Positions 37,498 to 49,667 of a stretch of DNA of 64,000 nucleotides are shown piece by piece. The position numbers were made by a program, and so were the translations under genes. The notes beneath the pieces are model-generated. The model saw nothing but the letters and a program-made list of their open reading frames with translations. It was not told where the DNA came from and did not search any database. The stretch comes from Mobula hypostoma (lineage: Eukaryota). The first letter of the stretch is position 1. Every line of letters starts with the position of its first letter. The stretch covers positions 107,634,001-107,698,000 of the forward strand of contig NC_086108.1 of assembly GCF_963921235.1 (NCBI RefSeq). The letters run 5' to 3'.

Positions 37498-40029
37498 CTT
37501 TACAGGGTCCTTGCAAACAGCCACTCCTAGTGGCTAACAGTATAGGACCGTAGGAACAATCGGCCAGTGGAAATGGTGGGTGCAGGTTTGATTTCAACAC
37601 TTAAGAGAAATTTGAATGTACATGGATTGGAGGGGTGTGGTGGGCTATCGTGCGGGTGTGGGTCGATGGAGCTAGACAGAATAATAGTTTGCCATGGTCT
37701 AGATGGGCCAAAGGGCCTGTTTCTGTACTGTAGTGCTCTATAATTCTTTGACTCTATTTAATATTGGAATTCTGAGCTTGGGGAACAATTGGCTGTTTGG
37801 AGTGAGTATCTCTTCTGTCAGTAATTGTTTTGTCAGTGTGATCTGTAGGTACACCCTCAGTGACATAGAAGTCCAGGCCTCCAAAGGAAATTGCATTGGC
37901 CCCATGTGATACCTCGTCTTACTTCAGCCCTGCACACAGATATTTTCTATGTTGTCTGGGAAGGAGCGATATAGAAGTCCCTTGACTTCCATAAAACTAA
38001 TGCTAGTGTTTGCCTTCTATCAATCTGGTGACCACTGGCAGACAACGAGCCCACTGAGGCTGATCAGTAAGGTCACACAATGATTGCAGCTCCTCTGTCA
38101 CTGGGCACAGCGTGATCTGGTCGGTTTGGATGGTGGCCTGAGGTGTTACTTCGGTGGGGGTAGAGGGCTGGGTTTTAGACGGTGGAATCCAGTATTCTGC
38201 TGGGTAAGGAGTCCCTGTACGTCCCCCCTGTGGAATGTGCGGGTTTCCTCCGGGTCCTCTGGTTTCCTCCCACAGTCCAAAGACATACTGGGAAGGTTGG
38301 TTATTGTTCGGGTTAGAGGTTGCTGGGCAGTGTGGCTGGAAGGGCTGGGGGAGCCTATTCCACTCTGTATCTCTAAATTTAATAAATACGACAGTCTGCA
38401 TGATCCGGAAGCCTAGCAAATAGTGTGACACATCCCTCTTTACGTCAGCAGCACAGGAGTAGGAACTGCATGTAGTTTCAAACTCATGGGAGTGCAGATC
38501 TCGCACAAAGGGGCAAGTAGCCTCATGAAGATCCCACCAACCCTGCTCATGGACTGTTTGTCCCACTTCCATCGGGGAGGGGGGGTTGGGGGGAGACGAT
38601 GTAGCATCCACACCAGGACCAGCAGATTCAAAAGTAGTTACTTTCTCCATGCCGTAAGGCTGATCAACACCTCCACCCACTAACCCCACCCACCACACCC
38701 CCAACCACCACTACTTTATCATTTTCTATCAGTCATCTTATGTACAGTCACTCCTGGGCCTAGAGTGACTTTATGGACTTGCAAGTAAATTCCTCCTTAT
38801 CTCAGTTCTGAAGGCAGTGTCCTTGGATGCTAGACTCTTGTCCCAATGGAAACAAGTTACCTGCAGTAGATGTGAATGCAGAGTCAGAATCTGATTCACA
38901 TTCGTCACTGACTTAGATGTCTGAAACTTTGTTTTGTTTTGTTGCAGCTGTACAGTGCAAAGTCGTAAAATTACAATAAGTCACAAATATAAGTACTGAG
39001 TGTAATTAAAAAGCGAAAATGAGAGGCTGTCCATGGGTTCTTGGACCATTCAGAAATCTGACAGTGGAGGAGAAGAGGCTGTTCCTGAATTGTTGGGTTT
39101 TCGGGTTCCTGTCCCTCCTCCCGGATGGTAGTTACAAGAAGAGGACGTAGCCTGGATGATGGGTGTTCTCAGTGATTGATACCTCCTTGTTGAGTTGTTA
39201 ACTTTTAAAGATATCCTTGAACATTGGGGAGGGTTGTGCCCACGGTGGAGCTGCCTGAACCTACAACAATCGGCAGCCTCTTGCGATCCTGTGCATTAGA
39301 GCTTCCGTACGAGGTGATGAGGTGACCAGTCAGATTGCACTCCACCGCTGACCTGTAAAAGCACAAAAAGTGTGTTATACATCTTTTTGTACGTATCTTA
39401 TTTGAAGTCACAGTCAGAGCATCTCTTGAAGAGCAGGTTGGCCTTCAAGGGCTGTGTGGCTGACACCTGCTTCTAAGTCATATGTTTGTGTGCAATAATT
39501 AATTTTCCACCATTGAACTAAGCATAAGGTTCAGTAGGAACTGAACACTGCAAATCAGCACAGTAGCGCAGCAGTCTGGGCAATGCTTGTTCTTTTACAG
39601 TGCCAGCAATCAGCAATCAGGGTCCGATTCCCACTGCTCTTTGTAAGAATTTTGTATGTTCTCCCTGTGACCACAGGGGTTGCCTCCTACGTTCTAAACG
39701 TGTATGGACTAGTAAGTTATGGGAATGCTGTGTTGGCAGCGGAAACTTGGTGACACTTGTGGGCCGCCCCTAGCGCAATACACGGACTGCGTTGGCCGTT
39801 GACGCAAATGGTGCATCTCAGTGGTATGGTTCGATGTTTCAATGCACGTGTGAGAAATAAAGCTAATCTTTAATCTTTAGTTTGAATATCTTCTAGTAAT
39901 AGTATATGTGAAACAGAATCTTCTCTTCCTTTTTGGATCAGCCATGATGAAATGGCAGAGCAGACTCGATGGGCCAAATGGCCTGATTCTGCTCCTATAT
40001 CTTATGGTCATCACCATAATGGGGCCTAG

Positions 40030-40279
40030 GACGCCAACAGCAGCTTGCCAGGTCCTCTGTCCCGGGCCAAAAGAAGGTTGATCGGCCCTGTGGCTTCTGT
40101 TTTCACCGCATGACTTTATACACCTTCTAGGTGAAGGTTTTCCTCACTCAGGGATGAGGTCTTTGGAGCTTCTGTTAGAATTTCTGTAGCTCTGCTTCTT
40201 TTTACGGGATGTTGCTGTTAGTCCCTGTGTCCAAAGCTCCTCCTTTCGCAGCCGGGCGGGACGGTCCACCGCGAAGTTG
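40030..40279 (-). mobile_element. RTE-derived repeat headed by a degenerate twister ribozyme
   Basis: minus strand AACTTCGC...CCGTCCCGCCCGG...AAAGGAGGAG...CATCCCGTAAA; homologous to 44150-44340. Confidence 0.6.
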
Positions 40280-41375
40280 TGAAACAAAAAGCGAAGTCTT
40301 TATTCTGTCACCAGTGCACGTTCATCTCTTACAGCAGTAGACAAAGTTCTTCCCAGCTGTTATTTTGGTGGAGTGATGTGATGCTACTAGGAAAATGCTT
40401 GTAAGTGTCAGTTACCAAGTGCCCAGCATTAAACAATCGGCTGTAGGAGACTTGAGATGATCAGAACATGTTGGACCTGATGAGATACTGCTAAGTATAT
40501 AGATTTCTTCTCCATCTGCCTCGGTGGAGTTAGGACTTCTGAGAACACACTCCCGCAGGCGTGGAGCCCTCCCACATCTTATCAAAAGGGCCACATTCCT
40601 AGTTGCGTCCGAGTCACTCTGTGCATAAGTTATTCGATCTTGTTCTGCTTCAAACCTACATATGATCCAGCAGTGGGAATTACTGAATGAACAGTCTGAC
40701 CACCTCTGACAGAACAGAGATTCAAGACTGAAGATTGTTTAATATCATTTCCAGTACATGAATGTAAAGGAGAATGAAATAATTATTGTTACTCCAGATC
40801 TGATGCAGCACAAAAAAACACCCACAATGAGATTTTTTTAAAAACACAATAATAAAAAGAAATACAATAAATATAAATATATAAGATAGCTTATATGCAT
40901 AGAATGATTGTCTGTCCATAAAGTGACGTTATGCACAGGAGTCGTAGAGTCACAGAACATGGAAACTGGTTGTAGTCCTGAACTAACGTCCATCTAATCC
41001 ATGCCGGGCTGTTATTTTGCCTAGTCCCTTTGACCTGCACCTGGATCATAGCTGCCCATACCTCACCCATCCATGTACCCATCCAAATTACTCCTAACTG
41101 TGGCAATTGAGCCTGCCTGCGCCATCTCCAGCGGAAGCTCATTCCACACTCTCATCACCCTCTGAGCAAAGACGTTCTCCTCAGGTTCTCCCGAAGTACT
41201 TCACCTTTCACACTTGCCTGTGAACTGCGGTTCTAACCTCAGCCGACCTCAGCAGAAGAGGCTCGGTGTCCATGATGTGTGGAACTGCATCTACACCTCT
41301 CTGCAGTCTTCTGTGGGATCTAGTAGAACATTGGTCGTACCGAGCCATCATGCATCCGGATAATAAAATTAAGGT

Positions 41376-41575
41376 CTTCTGCAGATGGTGGAAATCCAGA
41401 ACAACACACACAAAATGCTGGAGGAATTCAGCAGGTCAGGCAGCATCTGTGGAGGGGATTAAACAATGTCCTGATGAAGGATCTCAACCGGAAATGTCGA
41501 CCGTGTTGACTCTTCATTCATTTCCATAGATGTTGCCTGACCTGCTGTTCCTCCAGCATTTTCTGAGTGTTGTTA
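41376..41575. mobile_element. older Penelope-like fold-back insertion with hammerhead remnant
   Basis: inverted arms around CTGATGAAGGATCTCAACCGGAAATGTCGAC (41471-41501). Confidence 0.75.
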
Positions 41576-41960
41576 TGAACTTAATAATATTATGGGAGTT
41601 CATTTATTTGCCGGGGTGTCCATAACCTGTAACCTGGGCATTCTGTAGATCTAATTTCTATACTGAGTGGTTGCATCACAGTGGAGAGTGTCAGCAACTT
41701 TAAGTTCCTCATTGTTATCATTTCAGAGGACCTGTCTTGGGCCCAGTATTAAGTACCATTAAGAAGAAAGCACAGCATTCAGAATGTCATCTAAAACTTT
41801 GACAAACTTCTGTAGATGTGTGGTGAAGAGTATATTGACTGGTTCTGCCACAGCCTGGTATAGAAATACCAATGCCCTTGAATGGAAAAGCATACAAAAA
41901 GTAGTGGATATGGCCCAGTCCATCACAGGAAAAGCCCTCCACACTATTGAGCTCATCTAG

Positions 41961-42219
41961 ATGAGGGAAAACTTCTTCACACAGGGAGTGGTGAATCTGT
42001 GGAATTCTCTGCCACAGGAAACAGTTGAGGCCAGTTCATTGGCAATATTTAAGAGGGAGTTAGATATGGCCCTTGTGGCTAAACGGATCGGGGGTATGGA
42101 GAGAAGGCTGGTACAGGGCTCTGAGTTGGATGATCAGCCATGATCATACTGAATGGCGGTGCAGGCTCGAAGGGCCGAATGGCCTACCCTGCACCTATTT
42201 TCTATGTTTCTATGTTTCT
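41961..42219 (+). mobile_element. young CR1 3' end inserted in a Rex1 remnant
   Basis: RENFFTQGVVNLWNSLPQ and (TTTCTATG)n tail. Confidence 0.9.
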
Positions 42220-42656
42220 AAGCGCTGTTGCACGAAAGCCACATCCATCATCAAAGACCTCCCACCATCCAGGCCATGCTCTCTTCTCACTGCTACCATC
42301 AGGAAGGAAATACAGGAGCCTCAGGACCCACACCACCAGGTTCAGAAACAGTTATTACCCCTCAATCACCAGGCTCCTGAACCAGAAGGGATATTGAACT
42401 TCACTCAACTTCACTCACAGCAATGCTGAGCTGTTCTCACAAACTTTGGACTTACTTTTAAGAACTCTTTAACTCATGCACTCAGTATTTATTGATTATT
42501 TATTTATTATTATGATGATGTTTTAGTTTTCTTCCCGTATTTGCACAGTTTGTTGACTTTTGCACATTCGTTGTTGAGTGTGGTTTTTCACTGATTCTGT
42601 TGTGTTTCTTCGTATTTCCTGTAAATGCCCACAACAAAATGAACCTCAGGGTTGTA

Positions 42657-42726
42657 CAGTAGTGTGTAAAAGTCTTAGGGAGATATATATATAGCCAGAG
42701 CACCTAAAACTTTTGCATAGGACTGT
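42657..42726. mobile_element. Tc1/mariner-type mini-MITE
   Basis: imperfect TIR CAGTAGTGTGTAAAAGTCTTAGG / CCTAAAACTTTTGCATAGGACTG, flanked by TA. Confidence 0.65.
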
Positions 42727-43051
42727 ATTTGTCAACATGGAGCAGAGAGTGAGTTTGTAAATCTGTTGGGGGCAAAGGATGTTGGGAATGGTGAGGGCGG
42801 AACGTCGTGGGGCAGGTGTGGGGCAGATGGCACAGAAGAAATGCCAGGGGCAGTGGGTGGTGCATTCAGACAGACACCCAGACACCCAGACCTGGGGCAC
42901 CAGGTAAGGTCATTTGATTCCACTGTTTATTCTGCTCCATAGATGCCTGACTTCCTCCAGCACTTTGTCTGTGTTACGAGGATATTGCTTAAAATGGAGA
43001 GCATCAGACATAAGGGAGAGGATGGAAAATCTTAGGTTGTTTTCTGTAGAG

Positions 43052-43130
43052 CAGGAATTCTCAGCCTTTTTTATGCCAGGACCCCTACCGTTAACCGAAG
43101 GGACCATGAGCCTCAGGCTGGGAAGCCCTG
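43052..43130. mobile_element. hAT/Charlie-like mini-MITE
   Basis: TSD CTGTAGAG / CTTTAGAG; homologous to 31565-31644. Confidence 0.8.
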
Positions 43131-43489
43131 CTTTAGAGTATCAAAGGCTGAGAGGAGAACTGATGAGAGTTCCTCCAGCATTTTGTGTGTGTAATTCTAC
43201 AGAGCATACAGTTTCGGTGAAGGGGGAGGTTTTAAAGGGGATGTACAGGACACATATTTTTTGACACAGACAGTGGTCCATGCCTCAAATAGGCTGCTAG
43301 GGAGAGTGGTGGAGGCAAAGATGATAGTGGCTTTTAGGAGACTTCGAGTTTGACACATGAATACTCAGGAAATATGAGGATATGGATCCTGTTCAGGCAT
43401 AAGGAATATAGTTTAATTTAGCATCAACGTCAGTACTGATATGTTGGGCTGAAAGGCCTGTCTCGTGCTGTACTATTATTTGTTTATTT

Positions 43490-43775
43490 AGGGACATAAC
43501 GTGGAACCATCCCTTCCGGCTCAATTAGCTGCTCCACCCAGTAATCCACCTATTTAATTCTAGCCTAATCTCAGGACTATTTACAATGACCAATTAACCT
43601 ATTAACCGGTACATCTTCGGACTGCGGGAGGAAACTGGAGCACCCGGAAGAAACTCACGTATTCCATGGGGAGAATGTATGAATTTGCTTACAGAGGATG
43701 GCAGAACTGGACACCAATCAGGGGAATGCCCCGGGCGGTAATCGCGTCGTGCTAACCACTCCGCTACCATGGTGA
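43490..43775 (-). mobile_element. HE1/V-SINE
   Basis: V-domain match. Confidence 0.8.
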
Positions 43776-44149
43776 CCACAATGTTCTCATCCCTTTGTGA
43801 GCAATGCTCTGATTAAAATGAAGCATCTCAAATTCTTAAAGGAGACACATCCGTCCCAATTAGAAATGAAAAGCTGAGGAAGGAGAGATGTTTACAGTTA
43901 TGTATTTGTCATTTGTCATGATGAACTCATTCTGTCGGGGTCAAGGCAATCCCCTCTCGTTTATTGTTCTGTCACAGTCCATTTCGTACAAGGGAATTGA
44001 AGAAAAGGCCCGTGGATTGAGATGTGAGGACTCTAAATGCTAAGACTCTCAAACCAGTGAAGTAAAACTTTAACAAAAATCATTCATCACAAACGCTATT
44101 AGTATTTTCCAACCAAGGAACTTACTTATTTGAGCCCATCTCCCCTTCT

Positions 44150-44340
44150 TTATCATAGGCAGCTGACAGCAGCTCACCAGAGTCCTTTGACCTGGGCCAG
44201 TGTCTCAAGTTGTCCCCAGGCACGGCCCACCTTCAGAGATCCTTCCTCTCCCAGGGATGAGGCCTTTGGTGTTGCTTTAGCTCTGGGCCGCTCACCCCAC
44301 AACTCCCCTTCTATGCTTGGGACCATCCATAGCAGAGTTC
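44150..44340 (-). mobile_element. RTE-derived repeat headed by a degenerate twister ribozyme
   Basis: minus strand AACTCTGCTATGGATGGTCCCAAGC...; shares CAGGGATGAGG.CTTTGG with 40149-40166. Confidence 0.6.
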
Positions 44341-47300
44341 CACCAAGGAAGATGATGTGTAAATTTCCCAGAGACAATACGATGAATAGGAGACTCCGGG
44401 ATCAACGTAAAGGGTAAACCTGCTCCGACCGGGTCTGCGAACATTAACCTATGCCCCTTGCAAACCACCCCCACACAAAAAAAAGTAAGACATCTCACTG
44501 AGACTGTGGGAAATAACTCCTGGAATTATGCAGTCTACGCTTCTTTTAATTGTTTTTAAATCTAGGAACTGACATCTTAAGCCCTGGATTGTCAGCTCCT
44601 GAGAGGAGTGAGACAATGCTTAAAGCAACAGTCCCTGCAGAATTCACCGTGTTATCATTGATTTGGGACCGACGTGCTGTAGAGAGCCAAGGCAGGGAAA
44701 GAAACTGCAGCAATTTTCACTGCCATTGTAATCATTTGCAAAGAAGTGGTTCAGCACTGCTGGGAATATGTTAAAAATGTTTTTATTCTGCATGTCCCTG
44801 CCTCCCTCCTCTCTGTCTCTAAGAGAACGAAATGATCTGTTTGAAGAGAACAATTCCCATGACTTCATTTGCAAAGCGCTGAGCTTCCTTCTGGTTCCTT
44901 TTATGCTGAGGAAAAATGGCAGTAATCATTAATAACATTTCCTGTCAGCGACAAAGAAACCCTCATTGTTCTGATGTCTTGCCAGTTTAATCGTGTGCAT
45001 TCACCTAGATGTTAACTATTTTGAGACAGTTTCAATGCCGGGCTCTGATTTCCCACACCAGGTGCTATATAACTCTGAAAAGGCACAAATGGATCTTTCT
45101 TTTTGTTGTTGCTGTTATTGAGGAGGGGGCATATGAATATGTAGTGGTACTGATTGGCAATCTCTCGTCTTATTCCTTAAAAGGGGTCCCTGCGAAGCTG
45201 AATCCATGAATTCACCGGCCTTCCTTGTCTGGACTGTCACCTTAGTTACACGCGTCAGCAGAGGAAGGTGTTGACCTGCGTAGATTGGAGCAACAGTTGA
45301 GCCTGGAATCAAGAGTCTGGAAGATGGACGCAGCAAGACTTTGTGTGGCTCCGTGTGGTACGTTTCAAAGTTACAATCAGTTCTACCTCTTATGATGCTT
45401 AACAAATATCAATCTTAATACGTGCATGCTTGGTGAGGGCTGGCTGTCATTACCGTTGAATAAACATGTGCACAAGAGGTCATATCAGGCCAACTCAGCC
45501 ATTTTGGAATGGCAGAGTAGGACTTGCTCACAAAATATTTTGTTTGTTATCTGCAAGTAGTTTTTTATTGATCCTCCGCTGCCTTGCGGCTGTGCCCACC
45601 CATGGGGAAGGCTTCAGGAGTAAATCCCGAGGACAAATCCAGAAGGTGGTCTTATGTTGAGTTCGATACTGACTGACAACTCCTGCAATGCCACCGGTGC
45701 CAAACGGTATCGGTCTCTGCCGTTCCCGTGAAGAGGTGGAGCCTGCTGCATGGGCAACAAATTGCTCTCCATGTTGTACTGCCCTTGCTTGATTACTGGC
45801 TTGTGTATCCCGTGGACAGCTAGGACACAACCCCCATTCAACCGCAACCAAAGGAGGGCTTTCACTGATTTTTTGTATTTCTTTGCTCTACTGTGAATGC
45901 CTGCAAGAAAACAAATCTCAGGGTGTATATGATGACATATATGTAGTTTGATAGTAAATTTACTTTGAACTTTGAAATGCTGGAGGAGCTCAGTAAGTCA
46001 GGCAGCATCTATGGAGAGGAATAAGCAGTCAAGGTTTCAGGCCAAGACCATTCATCAGGGTTAGGATCTGGCTGTGTGGCCATTAAAGCCTGCTCTATCA
46101 CATAGAAAAATCCTGGCTGGTCCACCCTTGTCCTCCTCTCCTCTTCCCTGCTTGCTCTCTATAGTCCTTGGGTCCAGAATTCTTTCTCTGCTTTGAGTGT
46201 GTTCAATGATAGAGCTCTCAAAGTTGTTTGAGGCAGAGAATTCCACAGGACAGCAGGTTCTGGACCCTAGAGCAACATGTAGTCGTTTGGAGGAACTCAG
46301 CAGGCCAAGCAGCAATGGTGGGCAGAAAGGAACTGTCGTTGCTTCTGGTCAAAGCCATGTGTCCATTTCCAGGTGGTCAGGTAATGAAAATTAGTCGTCA
46401 CAGGATGCTGCCTAGATTAGAGAGATGAGGAGAAGCTGAGCGAGCTTGGGCTTTTCTGTTTGGTGCGAAGGAGGATGAGAGGTGACTTGATGGAGGTGTA
46501 CAAGATAATAACTTGCATAGTTCACATGCACAGACAGAGACTTTTTTTGCACGGCAGAATTGGCTAATATGAAGGGGCATAATTTGAAGGTGATTGAAGG
46601 AAAGTATAGGGGTTGGTATAGGTAGTCAGAGGTGGGTTCTTCACTCAGAGAGTGGTAAGTGCATGAAACTCACTGCAAGGTGGATGTGGTTACTGTGGGG
46701 ACGTTTAAGAGACTTAGGCAGATGCATTGGACAATGGGAACATGAAGGGAGGAGGTTACATTGACTTTAGAGTTGGTTAAAAGTTTGGCACAGCATTGTG
46801 GGCTGAAGGGCCTGTACTGTGCTGGAGTGTTTTATGTCCTATGTTGCACGAATACCCTTGTTTTTTGCCCTTGAGACGTGGTAGTGAGCAGCCATCTTGA
46901 CCCACTGCAGTCCTCCTGGTAAAGGCATCCCACAATCACATTGGGGAGGGAGTTCCTGGATTTAGGTAGGACCATAAGAAGTCTCCAAAAGAAATTGCTT
47001 TGGCCACACGTGGTACCTCGGTCTTACTTCAGCCCTGCACACTTGATATTTCCTATGTTGTCAGGAAGGAGAGATATGGAAGTCCCTTGACTTCCATAAA
47101 TTTAATGCTAGTGTTTGCCATCTATCAACCTGGTGACCACTGGCAGACAACGAGCCCACTGAGGCTGATCAGTAAGTTCACAGCTCCTCTGTCACTGGGC
47201 ACGGCGTGATCTCCTGTAGTTTTGCTCACGTCAGTTTGGATGACGGCCTGAGGTGTCAGTTTTGGGGTGTTAGGCCATGGAATCCAGTGTCCTGCTAGTA

Positions 47301-47424
47301 ACACGGGCAGTTAGTGGGTTACCTAAGGCTCTCTGTAAACCAATTGTTCCATTATTCAGGAGTGTCTATTTTCTATGGCTACCCTTGTGTTGCCACTCTA
47401 CCTTTCTCTCTTTATTTTATTTAA

Positions 47425-47700
47425 AATTAGAGCGTGGAACAGGCCTTTACGGTCCACTGAGCTGCTGCACCCAGCAGCCCACCCATTTAACCCAAGACTA
47501 ATCACAGGACAATTTACCATAATCAATTAACTTACTAACTTTGGACTGTGGGAGGAAACCAGAGCACCTGGAGGAAACCCATACGCACACTTGAAGGAAT
47601 GTATAAAACTTGCTTACAGGCGGCATTGGAATCGAATTCGGAAACCTGCGCCTAGAGCTGTAATTGCATCACGCTGACCATCACACTGATGTCGCACCCC
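47425..47700 (-). mobile_element. HE1/V-SINE
   Basis: V-domain match. Confidence 0.8.
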
Positions 47701-47821
47701 ATTTCCGATCATTCTTTCATTTCATAATCCCATAAGAATAGGAGCAGAGTAGGCCATTCAGCCCACCGATCTGCTCTGCTGTTCAATCATGGCCAACTGT
47801 TTTTCAACCCCATTCTCCTGC

Positions 47822-48470
47822 TGTCATGGTCCAGTCCATGAAGTCCGTATTCCAGTTCACGGTCCGGTCCGTGACTCAGACCCCAGAACTAGGCGAGACA
47901 TGACGAGGCTTGGGTTCTTCGAGGCAAGGCAAGGCAAGGCTTCAGGCGAGGCAGCAGAAGGAAGGGGAAGGGAAGGGATTCAGACAGGGGGTAAGGACAG
48001 GATGTGAGACTCCTGGACAGGACAAGGGAATCTCAACACAGGACGAGGGAACCCCAGCACTGGGCTGGACAAAGTACTCCTGGGCTGGGCGAGACACATG
48101 GACAAGACGAGAACACAAAGCCATGGCAGTAGAGTCCATGGACCGGACCGTGAACCGGAATGCGGACTTCACAGACTGGTCCGTGACAGTACCCCACCGT
48201 CATGTCCTTGCCTGGTTCTGGGGTCTGAGCCCGAGGCAAGACCCAGGTTCTGGGTCTTTGTCCAGTCTCTGGCTCAGAGTCCCAAGCTCCTAGTTCATGG
48301 TTCCTTGTCCGGGTTCCCGGTCTAGTCCATGTCCTAGCCCAAGTCTGCGTTCTTGTCCCTGTTCCTTGTCTGTATCCTATCACATCCCTACTCTAGTCAA
48401 GTCCTGTTCCTAGTACTTCAGTATCTGTGTCTTCCACTTAGGTTCGTTCACCAGCACCCCCTTTGTGATA
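47822..48470. mobile_element. Gypsy-like LTR with internal inverted segment
   Basis: TGTCA...TGTGATA ends; 5-bp TSD CCTGC (47817-47821 / 48471-48475); interrupts a CR1 3' end; 48131-48188 is an inverted copy of 47822-47877. Confidence 0.75.
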
Positions 48471-49667
48471 CCTGCCTTGTCCCTGTAAACTTTAAATGTC
48501 TTTACCATTGAAGAACCTACCAATCTGTATTAAATTCAGCCTCCATAGTTGTTTGTGGAGTTGACCTCCACAGATTCACCACGCTCTCTCTGAAGAAATT
48601 CCTCCTCCTCTCTGTTCTTAAAGAACATCCCTTCATTCTGAAAGGGAGGGGGTGTTCTCTTGTCCGAGACTCTTCTACTACTGGAAGAATCCTTTTCACG
48701 TAAACTTCATCGAGGCCTTTCAGTATCCAGTAGGTTTCAATGCAAACCACACCCCCCCCCACCCATTCCTGCTGAACTCTGTCAAGTAGTGTCTCTTTGG
48801 CCCATGATGTTATGTTCACCTTTTAATTTAGTCCAAGATTAACCCTTCGTTCTCCTTTGATCCAAAGAGAAAGCCTCTAGCTTCCTCAACCTATCTTTGT
48901 ACAATATGCTCTCTAATCCGGGCAGCATCCTGTTAAATCTCCTCTACATCCTCTCTAAAGCTTTCACATCCTACCTATAAGGGGGAAACATTCCATAAGT
49001 TCCACATGGTCACAGGGAGAATGTACAAATCCCGTACAGACAGTGGTGGAATTGAACCCGGGCCACTAGCGCTGAAATAGCATTGCACTAAATGCTACAC
49101 TATCATGCCGTAAAATAATAGAAAGTAAATTTGGTAAGGATGTTTCGAGGAAATTGGAGAGGAGATGATCATGGTGAGACTATACAAATTCCGTCCAGAT
49201 AGCAGCGGAATTGAACCCGAGTCACCAGTACTGTAACAGCATTACGTTAACTGATATTCTACCGCACAGTGCAGAACTCCGTGCGGACAGCAGCGGAATT
49301 GAATAGAGGTCACCGGCGCTGTAACGGTGTACGCTAAACACTACGCCACCATGCCTTAAGGTAATAGAAAGACATTTGATAATGTCTTTGTAATGTATGT
49401 GGAAAGAAACCAAACACCCATGTGATCATAGGGACAATGTGCAAACACTTTACAGAGGGTGGCGGGGATTGAACCTGAGTTGCTGGCACAGTAATAACGT
49501 TACACTATGGACTCACTTTCAAGGACTCAAAACTCAGGTTATGGACATTTATTTATTTATTTGTTTATTGTTTTTGTTGTGTTGTTTTTAATTTTTTCTC
49601 AGCTCCGGCTTTCTGGAGATTTACATAGATATTGATGTTCATTCCTAATTGATTAATGCTATTGTAT

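Noticed and set aside
38003..38704. 233-aa ORF
   Set aside because: Read-through across Rex1, V-SINE and unclassified repeat fragments.
40477..40508. CTGATGA followed by hairpin ATACT-GCTA-AGTAT (hammerhead-like)
   Set aside because: No GAAA after the stem and no stem I/III pairing found.
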